A stretch of DNA of 17,231 nucleotides, taken from contig CAZUFC010000159.1 in assembly GCA_964619725.1 (NCBI GenBank), forward strand, positions 1 to 17,231. Direction: 5' to 3'. The translations under genes were made by a program, and so were the position numbers. Below, piece after piece: positions 7,437-16,155 of the stretch. This stretch comes from an uncultured bacterium. GTDB lineage: Bacteria > CSSED10-310 > CAZUFC01. The notes under the pieces are model-generated. The model was not told the DNA's origin and did not search any database. It saw only the letters and a program-made list of their open reading frames with translations. Position 1 is the first letter of the stretch, and the number at the start of each line of letters is the position of its first letter.

Positions 7437-9833
7437 GTGTCGAATATGAAAGAAAAGGATGAAGATCATAGTAGAATGCAACGAGACAATTCTCCGAAGG
7501 ACTATCAGTCGGTGGGCCGTTCGATGTTAAGGGTCGACGGTTACGAGAAGGTTGTAGGAGAAGCCAGGTTCGTTGCGGATTTAAAATTTCCTGATTGTTA
7601 TCATGTGAAGATATTCCGATCTGAATGCGGTCATGGGCGAATCAGGAGGCTGGACGTTTCTGGAGCGGAGAAGACGCCCGGTGTCCGAAAGGTGATCACG
7701 GGCGAAAGCAACGATGTAATGATAGGCGATTGTTTAGCAGACCAGCCGCCGCTGGCGCGAGGCAAGGTAAGGTTCGTGGGAGAGCCGGTAGCGGCTGTAG
7801 TGGCGGAATCGATTGAGAGCGCGGAAGAGGGCGTGAGAATGATCAGGGCGGAATATGAGGAGATGGGAGTGGTATTGACGCCGCGAGAGTCCCTGGAGAA
7901 GGATGCTTCTTTAATTCACGAGAAGCTTGATGAATACGAGCATGTAGGCTCATTGCATCCGCAGCCGGGAACGAACATCTGTCATTATTACAAAGTCAGA
8001 AAAGGCGATACGGAGAGCATATTCAATCATCCGGACGTAATAACGGCGGAGAATGAATTTGAATTTCCTCATCTGTCCCAGGCCGCGTTGGAACCTCACG
8101 GCGCTGTAGCCTTATGGACCAAGGCCGATGATTTATCGATCTGGAGCAGTTGTCAGTCGCCTCATTTAGTCCGGGAGCATGTAGCGCATATACTAAAAAT
8201 GCCCATTGCGCGGGTGAGGGTAATTTCGCCTTTAATCGGAGGCGGCTTCGGCGGAAAATCGGATTTTACGATTGAGCCTTTGATCGCTCTGATAGCGCGT
8301 GAAGTAAAGGGACATCCTGTGAGACTGATTTTGACTCGTGAAGAGGTATTCGTGGGATCGCTGATAGCGCGGGGATGTCAGTGCAAGGTAAAGACGGCCG
8401 TGAGCGCTTCGGGTGAATTACTGGCGCAGCAGATTCAATTTTTGATCAATTGCGGAGCGTACGGCAACTGCAGCGTCAACATAGTTGAAGGCGGCGGACA
8501 TAATGCCACGGGGCCTTACGAGGTACCCAACGTGAAGATAGATGCCATGGGATTATATACGAACACGCCGCCGGTAGGAGCTTACCGGGGTTACGGGCAT
8601 CCCGAAGTGCACTGGATGATAGAGCGGCACATGGACATCCTGGCGGATAAACTTGATATGTCTCCCGTGGAGTTAAGGCTGAAAAACTGTTTCAGACCGG
8701 GGAGTCTTACGGCATTCAACCAGGAAGTGAAGGAAGATCACGGCGATTTGCAGCAATGCATAAGATTGGTGGAGGAGCGATTAAACGATTATCTGGAAAA
8801 CGAGCCGCCGCCCGCAGAAGGGGTATATCGGGGCGCTGGACTGGCCTCTTTCGGCAAGTCCCCGGTAATGGCCGTGAATGCTTCATCAGCCGCATTCATT
8901 CGGTTCAACCACGACGGATCGGTCGATCTGGCGTTCGCAGGGACGGAACTGGGACAGGGTTCATTGACTGCTCTGACGCAGATAGCGGCTGAAGCGCTGG
9001 AAGTTCCTGCGGAGAGCATAAGGGTTTTAAGGAGCAAGGATACGGATGCGACGCCGTATGAGTGGCAGACGGTCGGCAGCACAACCACCTGGAAAGTCGG
9101 CAACGCTATCATCACTGCGGCGGAGAAGGCGAAACGGCGATTAAAGAAGCATGCGGCCATAGTTTTCGGCGTTCACGATACGAACAAGGTTAGATATGAA
9201 CGGGGCGTTTTTTCTCTCGCTGACGATCCTTCCATAACGCTGAAAATCAGCGATATCGCCATGGGGTATGTTTTTCCCAACGGCAGAGCCATTGGGGGGC
9301 CGATCATGGCTTCAGGATATTTCACGCCGGAAGGACTTACTTTTCCGGATGAAAAAACCGGGTTCGGCAACCTGGCGGCTGAATGGACCTTCGGATGCCA
9401 GGGAGCGGTCCTGGACATCGATTCTCAAACAGGTGAAATAACGTTGAGGCGACTTATTACCGCTATAGACGCGGGACAGATAATCAACCCCATGCTGGCC
9501 AGGGGACAGATCGTCGGCGCTATGGTACAGGGTTTGGGAGGCGCTTTAACCGAAAGAATCGTTTACCGGGAAGACGGCAAAATGCGGACCGATTCATTCG
9601 TCGATTATAAAGTGTTGGGACCGGAAGACATGCCGGACAAGTTTGAAGTTCATTTCGTGAATACTCCGACCAAGGACACGCCTTTCGGATGCAGACCCCT
9701 GGCAGAACATGCGATCGTCTCTGTCGCTCCGGCTGTAGCCAATGCCGTGAAAAACGCCTGCGGAGCGGAATTTTTTAATTTGCCCATTATACCTCAGGAC
9801 ATCCTGAAAGCGTTGAAGGATAAAAGGGCGTGA
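7437..9833 (+). CDS. Xanthine dehydrogenase-family molybdopterin-binding (large) subunit
   Basis: 798 aa; RVDGYEKVVG, LEPHGA, SSCQSPH, GGGFGGK, GAYRGYG, ELGQGS, DAGQIINP, GQIVGAMVQGLG, catalytic Glu in RPLAEH; start may be GTG 7437 or ATG 7446. Confidence 0.95.
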   Translation: MSNMKEKDEDHSRMQRDNSPKDYQSVGRSMLRVDGYEKVVGEARFVADLKFPDCYHVKIFRSECGHGRIRRLDVSGAEKTPGVRKVITGESNDVMIGDCLADQPPLARGKVRFVGEPVAAVVAESIESAEEGVRMIRAEYEEMGVVLTPRESLEKDASLIHEKLDEYEHVGSLHPQPGTNICHYYKVRKGDTESIFNHPDVITAENEFEFPHLSQAALEPHGAVALWTKADDLSIWSSCQSPHLVREHVAHILKMPIARVRVISPLIGGGFGGKSDFTIEPLIALIAREVKGHPVRLILTREEVFVGSLIARGCQCKVKTAVSASGELLAQQIQFLINCGAYGNCSVNIVEGGGHNATGPYEVPNVKIDAMGLYTNTPPVGAYRGYGHPEVHWMIERHMDILADKLDMSPVELRLKNCFRPGSLTAFNQEVKEDHGDLQQCIRLVEERLNDYLENEPPPAEGVYRGAGLASFGKSPVMAVNASSAAFIRFNHDGSVDLAFAGTELGQGSLTALTQIAAEALEVPAESIRVLRSKDTDATPYEWQTVGSTTTWKVGNAIITAAEKAKRRLKKHAAIVFGVHDTNKVRYERGVFSLADDPSITLKISDIAMGYVFPNGRAIGGPIMASGYFTPEGLTFPDEKTGFGNLAAEWTFGCQGAVLDIDSQTGEITLRRLITAIDAGQIINPMLARGQIVGAMVQGLGGALTERIVYREDGKMRTDSFVDYKVLGPEDMPDKFEVHFVNTPTKDTPFGCRPLAEHAIVSVAPAVANAVKNACGAEFFNLPIIPQDILKALKDKRA

Positions 9834-9957
9834 CGGAAACTCCCATCGTTAAATTAAAACAGGCCGGAACGATGAAGTATTCACGTTTGAGCATTGTTTT
9901 ATAATATTCTCGGGCGATGGTAAATTCGGAGAGATATTTAACCGGAAAGGATCACAT

Positions 9958-10827
9958 ATGAACAGATACAGATACAGATACATAGCCCCCGCTTCTTTGA
10001 ACGAGGCGCTGGAAGCGTTGCAGCAGCCGGGATCGACAGCGCTGGCGGGCGGCACCGATCTGACGATCTCGTTAAGAAACGGGGATGCAAAGCCTGATAC
10101 GGTCGTCGATATTAAAAAGATAGAGGAACTTAAGAGAATTGAATTGAACGAAGACCACATTTTCGTGGGTGCGTTGATCACGATGGCGGAGATAAGGCGA
10201 AACAAGGCCATAGCGGAGCAATTGCGTTGTTTATATGAATCGGCGGCATCCTTTGCGTGCTATGAAATAAGAATCAGGGCCACCATAGGCGGAAACCTGG
10301 CCAATGCAGCCCCCTGCGCACAGACCGCACCCAATCTGCTCGTGATGGAGGCTTCCGCGGTCACAGCCTCTCAGAAGGGAACGCGTGAGTTTCCCATAAA
10401 AAAGCTGATCACAGGCGTATATCGCACCAATCTTGAGCCGGGTGAACTGATAACAGGGATCAAAATACCCAAACCTCATCCCACGGCAAAAACCGGTTCA
10501 TTCCGTATCGCCCGCATGAAGGGGATGGACCTTCCGTCGGTCAGCGGCGCCATGCTGGTGCAATATCCCGAAGATGATGAAAAAAGGGAGGTTCGATTCG
10601 CTCTGGGTTCAGTTGCGGCAACCCCGATCAGGTTGTCCGACGTGGAAGAAAAATTGAGCCGCAAGCCGCTGACGCGGGAACTTCTGGAGCAGGCGAAGGA
10701 AATCGTTAGGGAGCAGTTGAATCCCAGAAAAACGAGCCTGCGTGCTTCTCCTGAATATAAGAAGCATATAACGGGCGTTCATCTGGAAAGTTTGCTGAAA
10801 CGGTTAACGGGTATAAAATTCGATTAA
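9958..10827 (+). CDS. Xanthine dehydrogenase-family FAD-binding (medium) subunit
   Basis: 289 aa; LAGGTDL, RATIGGNLANAAP, GELITGI, ALGSVAATP, RASPEYK. Confidence 0.95.
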   Translation: MNRYRYRYIAPASLNEALEALQQPGSTALAGGTDLTISLRNGDAKPDTVVDIKKIEELKRIELNEDHIFVGALITMAEIRRNKAIAEQLRCLYESAASFACYEIRIRATIGGNLANAAPCAQTAPNLLVMEASAVTASQKGTREFPIKKLITGVYRTNLEPGELITGIKIPKPHPTAKTGSFRIARMKGMDLPSVSGAMLVQYPEDDEKREVRFALGSVAATPIRLSDVEEKLSRKPLTRELLEQAKEIVREQLNPRKTSLRASPEYKKHITGVHLESLLKRLTGIKFD

Positions 10828-10842
10828 AAGGCGGAACAAACT

Positions 10843-11319
10843 ATGAAAATACAATTTAAATTAAACGGTGAACAGAGGGAAGCGAATATTCCGGACCACA
10901 GGAGATTAATAGATTTCATCAGGGAAGATATGGGACTGACGGGAACCAAGGAAGGCTGCGGCAACGGAGAATGCGGAGCGTGCACGGTGCTGATGGACGG
11001 GATGCCGGTCAGGTCCTGTCTTGTTCTGGCTCCAGAGATAGACGGTTCGGAAATAACCACTATAGAAGGGTTGGACCGCAACGGAAAGCTGCATCCTGTT
11101 CAGCAGGCGTTTCTTGAAACAGGAGCGGTTCAATGCGGGTTCTGCACCGCAGGATTCGTTCTGGCCGTTAAAGCGCTGCTCGACAGGAATGCGAGTCCGG
11201 ACGAAGCGGAAATAATGGAAGCGCTGGGCGGACATTTATGTCGCTGCACGGGATATGAAACTATTTTTGAAGCGGTGGAAAGAGCAATAGAATTGAATAA
11301 GAAGGCGCAGAAGGTATAA
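10843..11319 (+). CDS. Xanthine dehydrogenase-family 2x[2Fe-2S] (small) subunit
   Basis: 158 aa; GTKEGCGNGECGACTV...SCL, QCGFC, HLCRCTGY. Confidence 0.96.
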   Translation: MKIQFKLNGEQREANIPDHRRLIDFIREDMGLTGTKEGCGNGECGACTVLMDGMPVRSCLVLAPEIDGSEITTIEGLDRNGKLHPVQQAFLETGAVQCGFCTAGFVLAVKALLDRNASPDEAEIMEALGGHLCRCTGYETIFEAVERAIELNKKAQKV

Positions 11320-11409
11320 TCGATGTGAAGGCTTTCAGAGAATGAAGGCCGTGAAAAATGATGCAGCGGCGGCGGAGCCGTCTTCAAGCGTAAAAGGAGT
11401 AGACAGAAA

Positions 11410-12651
11410 ATGGACTTAATCGTAAAAAACGCCAGGATTGAAGGAGAGGAAAAATTAACCGACATAGCCGTGCAGGACGGAACAATCGTTCGGATCGCTC
11501 CGGATATTCAAGATAACGCGGATAAAACGGTCGATGCTGAAGGAAGGCTGACCGCCCCTACATTCGTTGATCCTCACATCCACCTGGACAAGTGTCTGAT
11601 CAGCGAGACCGTAAGAGAAAACAAATCGGGAACGTTGACCGAGGCGATAGAGATAATATGGGAGCGGAAGAAGAATTATACAGCGGATGAGATAGCGGAA
11701 AGGGCCTGTCGAGCCGTGCAATGGGCCGTTCAGAACGGAACGACGAAGCTGAGAACGCACGTGGATGTTGATCCGATCGGCGGTTTGACGCCGCTGGAAG
11801 GTGTGGCGAAGGCGAGAAAGATGTGTGCCGATATAGCTGAGATACAAATAGTGGCTTTTCCTCAGGAAGGCATTATCCAGGCGGAGGGCACGGAAGAATT
11901 GATGCGCCAGGCTATGGAAAAGGGAGCCGATATAATAGGCGGCATGCCTTATAACGAGATGACTGATGTGGACTCGATGAAACATATCGATATAGTATTC
12001 GATATTGCGGCGGAATACGATTGCGATATCGACATGCACGTGGATGAGACGGACGACGATACAGCGCGCACCCTGCAGTATTTCGCGGCCAAAGCGATCA
12101 AAACGGGCATGAAGGGCCGGGTAACCTCCGGGCATACATGCGCGTTGAGCGCGTATAATCCCTATTACGCAGCAAAAATAATAGGTCTCGTCGCAACCGC
12201 TGATATGAACATGATAACCAATCCGGCCACCAACCTGATGCTGGAAGGCCGCCGCGATACCGTAAACAAGAGAAGAGGACTGACCAGGGTTAAAGAGTTG
12301 ATGGAAGCGGGCGTCAACGTCTGTTACGGTCAGGATTGCATTAAAGATACTTTTTACCCCACTTTCGGAAAGGCTGATCTGCTGGAAGTGGGCATGATAG
12401 CAGCCCATGCCGCTCAACTGTCCATGCCCGCAGATATAAATGCTCTTTTCCGGATGCCGACCCATAATGCGGCTCGATGCATGAGACTGGAGAAATACGG
12501 ACTGAAAGAGGGCGCAAAGGCTGATTTCAATATACTGGATTGCGAAACCGTTCAGGAAGCCTTCCGCCTGCAGCCGGACAGAACGGTATTCTTCCGGGGT
12601 AGTTTGACAGCACAAAGAACCACCAGGCAGGAGTTGTTCAGGCAAAATTAA
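11410..12651 (+). CDS. codA: Cytosine deaminase (CodA)-like metal-dependent amidohydrolase; substrate uncertain
   Basis: 413 aa; AAGGAG RBS; DPHIHLDK, RTHVDV, IVAFPQEG, MHVDE, SGHTCAL, RRGLTRVKEL, GQDCIKDTFYP. Confidence 0.88.
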   Translation: MDLIVKNARIEGEEKLTDIAVQDGTIVRIAPDIQDNADKTVDAEGRLTAPTFVDPHIHLDKCLISETVRENKSGTLTEAIEIIWERKKNYTADEIAERACRAVQWAVQNGTTKLRTHVDVDPIGGLTPLEGVAKARKMCADIAEIQIVAFPQEGIIQAEGTEELMRQAMEKGADIIGGMPYNEMTDVDSMKHIDIVFDIAAEYDCDIDMHVDETDDDTARTLQYFAAKAIKTGMKGRVTSGHTCALSAYNPYYAAKIIGLVATADMNMITNPATNLMLEGRRDTVNKRRGLTRVKELMEAGVNVCYGQDCIKDTFYPTFGKADLLEVGMIAAHAAQLSMPADINALFRMPTHNAARCMRLEKYGLKEGAKADFNILDCETVQEAFRLQPDRTVFFRGSLTAQRTTRQELFRQN

Positions 12652-12691
12652 ACGAGGGCAAATTTTGCCGTCATAAAAGGAATTAATTCAT

Positions 12692-13462
12692 ATGAGTGAA
12701 GACGAAAGACAATACCACATATCTCTAAAAAAAGGGGATGTCGCTCGATATGTCCTTCTGCCGGGCGATCCCGGACGAGTCCCCAGGATTGCCGAATACC
12801 TGGATGAGGCTGAAAAAATAGCCGAAAACAGGGAATACCGGACATATACGGGAAAATACAAGGGCATACCCGTATCAGTCGTTTCCACAGGCATAGGCTG
12901 TCCCTCCGCTGCCATAGCCATTGAAGAACTCATCAAAATAGGAGCCGATACCTTCATAAGAGTCGGAACGGCCGGGTCGCTTCAACCGGATATCTCACTG
13001 GGAGACCTCGTTATATCAACCGGTTCGGTCAGAGAAGAAGGCACAACGAAACAATACGTTCCGGAAATATATCCTGCAGTTGCCGACATCGAAGTGACTT
13101 CTGCCCTGAAGCAGGCTGCGGTTAACCTGGGTTATCCGCATCACCTGGGCATCAGCCATTGTAAAGACGCCTTCTACTCGGAAGATATGGACATTCCGTT
13201 GCGGGAGGAACAGGAGATAAGATGGAAAGTCTGGCAAAGGGCCCGCGTCCTGGCGACATCAATGGAATCTGCAGCTCTTTTCGTCATTTCCTCCATTAGG
13301 GGCGTCAGAACCGGGGAAATCCTCGCAGTTATTGGCTCTACGCATGATAATCAACCCATTATAAAAAAAGCGGGAATAGGAGAAGCCGTAAAAACAGCAT
13401 TGGAAGCCGTCAGGATACTCGATGCTAAAAACGATCACGCCGATCAGACACTGCGTCGTTAG
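12692..13462 (+). CDS. udp: Nucleoside phosphorylase, NP-I family (uridine phosphorylase-like); base specificity uncertain
   Basis: 256 aa; QYHI, LPGDPGRV, NREY, STGIGCPSAAIAIEEL, IRVGTAGSL, AVAD, MESAALF. Confidence 0.88.
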   Translation: MSEDERQYHISLKKGDVARYVLLPGDPGRVPRIAEYLDEAEKIAENREYRTYTGKYKGIPVSVVSTGIGCPSAAIAIEELIKIGADTFIRVGTAGSLQPDISLGDLVISTGSVREEGTTKQYVPEIYPAVADIEVTSALKQAAVNLGYPHHLGISHCKDAFYSEDMDIPLREEQEIRWKVWQRARVLATSMESAALFVISSIRGVRTGEILAVIGSTHDNQPIIKKAGIGEAVKTALEAVRILDAKNDHADQTLRR

Positions 13463-13662
13463 AATGTTGTTTATTGCTCGTAATATTAATAGAAAGACAT
13501 AATCCTCATCCACCCAGCATCAGAAAATTATGAACGAATGCGTTTTTCTTTTTGATCCGGTTATTGCCTGGCCCGCATTTAACAAAGGTCCGTCAAGATG
13601 AGAGAGCAGCCGAAAATCTAAATGGGTCAAACTTGTTAAAAAACATTGCGCTTGTTTGATCA
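13463..13662. repeat. Degenerate dispersed module Y-like copy 3
   Basis: Starts with AATGTTGTTTATTG (identical to 610-623) directly after the phosphorylase stop; ends GTCAAA...TTAAAAAA...GTTTGATCA like 804-844. Confidence 0.45.
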
Positions 13663-13770
13663 GTAAAAACCTTGAGTATTGCCGGCGTTACTTTTAAAAT
13701 TTTTAAGCAAAAGAATCGAACTGCCGGGCTTTTTCGATGTTTGAAAGTTGGGTCAGATTTTAAAGCAAAA

Positions 13771-14751
13771 ATGAACAAAGTAATTTTCTCCATATCAAGA
13801 ATAATCATTTTTTCAAGTATAATGGGATTACTTCTGATATTGTTTTTATCCGTCTATCTGGCGCCTAACCCGTCGTTTCAATTCGCAGTAAGATCGGACC
13901 TCAATTTCCTCGTTCGTTTTTATCTGCTTATGGGCGTGATACCCGTCGCGAATGACGTTTTTTCGCCTCTGCACGTTGCTGCGGAGAACAATAATCCTAA
14001 AATGTTCAAGATGTTGTACGATGCCGGACTTGAAATACGGTATGGTGATTATCTGTATCATACTGCATTCAAAAGCCAAAACGCTGCGCTATGGAAAACG
14101 TTTTTCGAATGCGGCGTTCCTTTTAATTTTAATAATCAACGTTTAATAGAAACGGCATTTGGAGCGGCGGATGCTGTAACTGCAGACAGATTAATGGAAT
14201 CAGGAGCAGATTTAAATAGTGCGATGAAAGGCGCGATGGAAAATGAAAATATGCCGGTGATTGATAAACTCGCCAAAACAGGCGCTGAACCTCGGATACA
14301 ATATTTCAAAAAATCAAGCACGAAGCAGTTATATTTGAAAATGTCCAAATGGATCGCTAAAGAACAGCTAATAGAAAAAGCAGCCGATTCGGGAAAAGTC
14401 GAAGCGCTGGCTGCGATTTTTGACATAACGGATAGAAACGAAATTTCTGAAGAGTTTGATGAGTTTTGTTTGCAACTCGCCTACAAGGCTGTTGAACAGA
14501 ATTACTATGAAATAGTGGAATTCCTTCTGCAGCATCTTGAAGACATAGATCGGGAGTTTTTACCTGAAAAATTCGAGAGAATGATGCTTATTACTTATAT
14601 TGATTCCGAGTCTGTGCTGTCTTATGCAGGAAGCCTTCTGCAACATGCGATGAGATTAAAACGGCATGAAATAGCTGAATTAATAAATAAGAAAGCGAAG
14701 CGATATGACAGCGATTTTGATGAGCGGTCAACGACCTATGAAACAAAATAG
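13771..14751 (+). CDS. Ankyrin-repeat-like protein with N-terminal membrane anchor
   Basis: Hydrophobic N-terminus; ankyrin-like SPLHVAAENNNPKMFKMLYDAG, LMESGADLN, AVEQNYYEIVEFLL, LLQHAMRLKRHEIAELI; start uncertain (ORF open from TTG 13672). Confidence 0.65.
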   Translation: MNKVIFSISRIIIFSSIMGLLLILFLSVYLAPNPSFQFAVRSDLNFLVRFYLLMGVIPVANDVFSPLHVAAENNNPKMFKMLYDAGLEIRYGDYLYHTAFKSQNAALWKTFFECGVPFNFNNQRLIETAFGAADAVTADRLMESGADLNSAMKGAMENENMPVIDKLAKTGAEPRIQYFKKSSTKQLYLKMSKWIAKEQLIEKAADSGKVEALAAIFDITDRNEISEEFDEFCLQLAYKAVEQNYYEIVEFLLQHLEDIDREFLPEKFERMMLITYIDSESVLSYAGSLLQHAMRLKRHEIAELINKKAKRYDSDFDERSTTYETK

Positions 14752-14952
14752 TATTTTTGCCGTGAAGTCAATAACTGTTTTAATTTTTTTGATGAATCCC
14801 GGCATCAGCCATGACAGACCAGGATTTGCGAAGGAGGCGTATGGCTTATACGTTGACTGGGTAAATCCGCAGCCTGACGCAGTATTAGCGAAAATTCGCG
14901 GTTTATGGACAAAACTCATTATAAATTTTCATTCTGTTCTCCTTAATTTCTT

Positions 14953-14981
14953 TTGCTTTTCGTGATTATTATGACTATAAT
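14953..14981 (+). promoter_or_regulatory. Putative sigma70 promoter of the Phd-VapC module
   Basis: TTGCTT (14953-14958), 17 bp spacer, TATAAT (14976-14981); GGAGGA RBS at 15002-15007. Confidence 0.6.
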
Positions 14982-15013
14982 GTACAGATAATTAAGCCCT
15001 TGGAGGACTTATT

Positions 15014-15307
15014 ATGAAAAGAGCTGCCATATCAGAAATAAAGTCATCGATAAGCAGGTACCTGGCGGAAGTAAGAAAAGGGGAAGAGATAGTCATAACG
15101 GATCGAAAAAAGCCGATAGCTAAGATTGTTCCATACGAGGGCGAAGACACGGGCATACCGACGCGAGTGCAAAAGCTTGCTTATGCTGGATTGGCAAAGA
15201 TCGGCAAGACCAGTATTCCGGATGATTTCTGGAAAAGAAGAGATTACAGGGATAAGGACGGAAAAGCCGTTTCTTTCCTTCTGGAGGAAAGAAGAGCTGG
15301 GCGATGA
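15014..15307 (+). CDS. Phd/YefM family antitoxin
   Basis: 97 aa; ISEIKSSISRYLAEVRKGEEIVITDRKKPIAKIVP; ATGA overlap with the toxin gene. Confidence 0.92.
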   Translation: MKRAAISEIKSSISRYLAEVRKGEEIVITDRKKPIAKIVPYEGEDTGIPTRVQKLAYAGLAKIGKTSIPDDFWKRRDYRDKDGKAVSFLLEERRAGR

Positions 15308-15726
15308 AATTCTGGGATGCTTCAGCGATAATCCCGTTGTGCCTGGAAGAAGAAAATTCAGGAACCCTGCAAAGAATAGCGGAAGAAGACAGCGCTCTGG
15401 CAGTATGGTGGGGAACCCTGATTGAATGTTTTTCAACCATTGCGCGTCTGCGCAGAGAAAAAATAGTGTCTATGGAAGAGGAACAGGCAATCAGAAAAAA
15501 TGTCATGATTCTGTCAAATTTATGGACAGAGATTCTACCGGGGCATGAGTTGAGGATCACGGCAGCCAATATATTGCTGAGGCATCCGTTAAGGGCGGCG
15601 GATGCTTTTCAGTTAGCGGCCGCCCTTGTTTGGGCGGACAGGAATCCGACTGACGATTATTTCGTCAGTCTGGACACGCGGTTGAATCAGTCAGCGTTAC
15701 AGGAGGGTTTCTCTGTTCTTCCATAG
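15304..15726 (+). CDS. vapC: PIN-domain toxin, VapC family
   Basis: 140 aa; FWDASA, LIEC, LRAADAFQLAAA, FVSLDTRL...ALQEGF. Confidence 0.92.
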   Translation: MKFWDASAIIPLCLEEENSGTLQRIAEEDSALAVWWGTLIECFSTIARLRREKIVSMEEEQAIRKNVMILSNLWTEILPGHELRITAANILLRHPLRAADAFQLAAALVWADRNPTDDYFVSLDTRLNQSALQEGFSVLP

Positions 15727-15765
15727 AAGATTTCCCGACGATGCAAACAAATACGGAGACTGAAA

Positions 15766-15878
15766 AAAATACCCGGATTTTTGGAACCTATTGTAAGGCT
15801 TTGGGCAGTCCCATGTATCATGGATAATCACGGATAAGGAACGAAGAGATTCGCCTGAATTGTTATGCCATTTGATCA
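15766..15878. repeat. Dispersed intergenic module X, copy 2
   Basis: Direct-orientation colinear match to 6989-7103 (113 vs 115 bp), ends TTGATCA. Confidence 0.6.
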
Positions 15879-16155
15879 GTTTGTAAAAATGAAAGAAGTA
15901 TCGCGTAGCAGGACCGGCGCCGTTTTTTATGAAACGTTGAACATAGAAGTCAAGCGAAATAGATCAATGTCCTGAAAAATCAATGCGGTTTTGAAGAATA
16001 GGGCTGCAGTGGAGATTCGGTTGTCGTACGGCTGTTTGAAACTTTCGACGGAAATCATTATGCTGTTGATGCTGTTGCGTTGTAATACGCGGGAGCATTA
16101 TGCCGCATGAGTAGATTCTGCCGTGGCTTGTGGATGGATTGATTTTTGGATAGTT

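Noticed and set aside
9831-9900. Selenocysteine readthrough of the Mo subunit TGA
   Set aside because: The protein is already complete at its normal C-terminal motif (LPIIPQDILKAL), no SECIS-like hairpin is evident and an in-frame TAA follows soon after
7437-11319. Aerobic CO dehydrogenase (coxLMS) call
   Set aside because: Active-site loop is AYRGYG, not AYXCSFR; no cox accessory genes
11455-12645. 396-aa antisense ORF opposite the CodA-like gene
   Set aside because: Exactly in codon register with the sense gene, so it only reflects scarcity of TTA/CTA/TCA codons; no recognisable motifs
14831-14864. AAGGAGG followed by mini-ORF MAYTLTG
   Set aside because: Only 3 nt between SD and ATG, 7 codons, no other support; at most a gene relic
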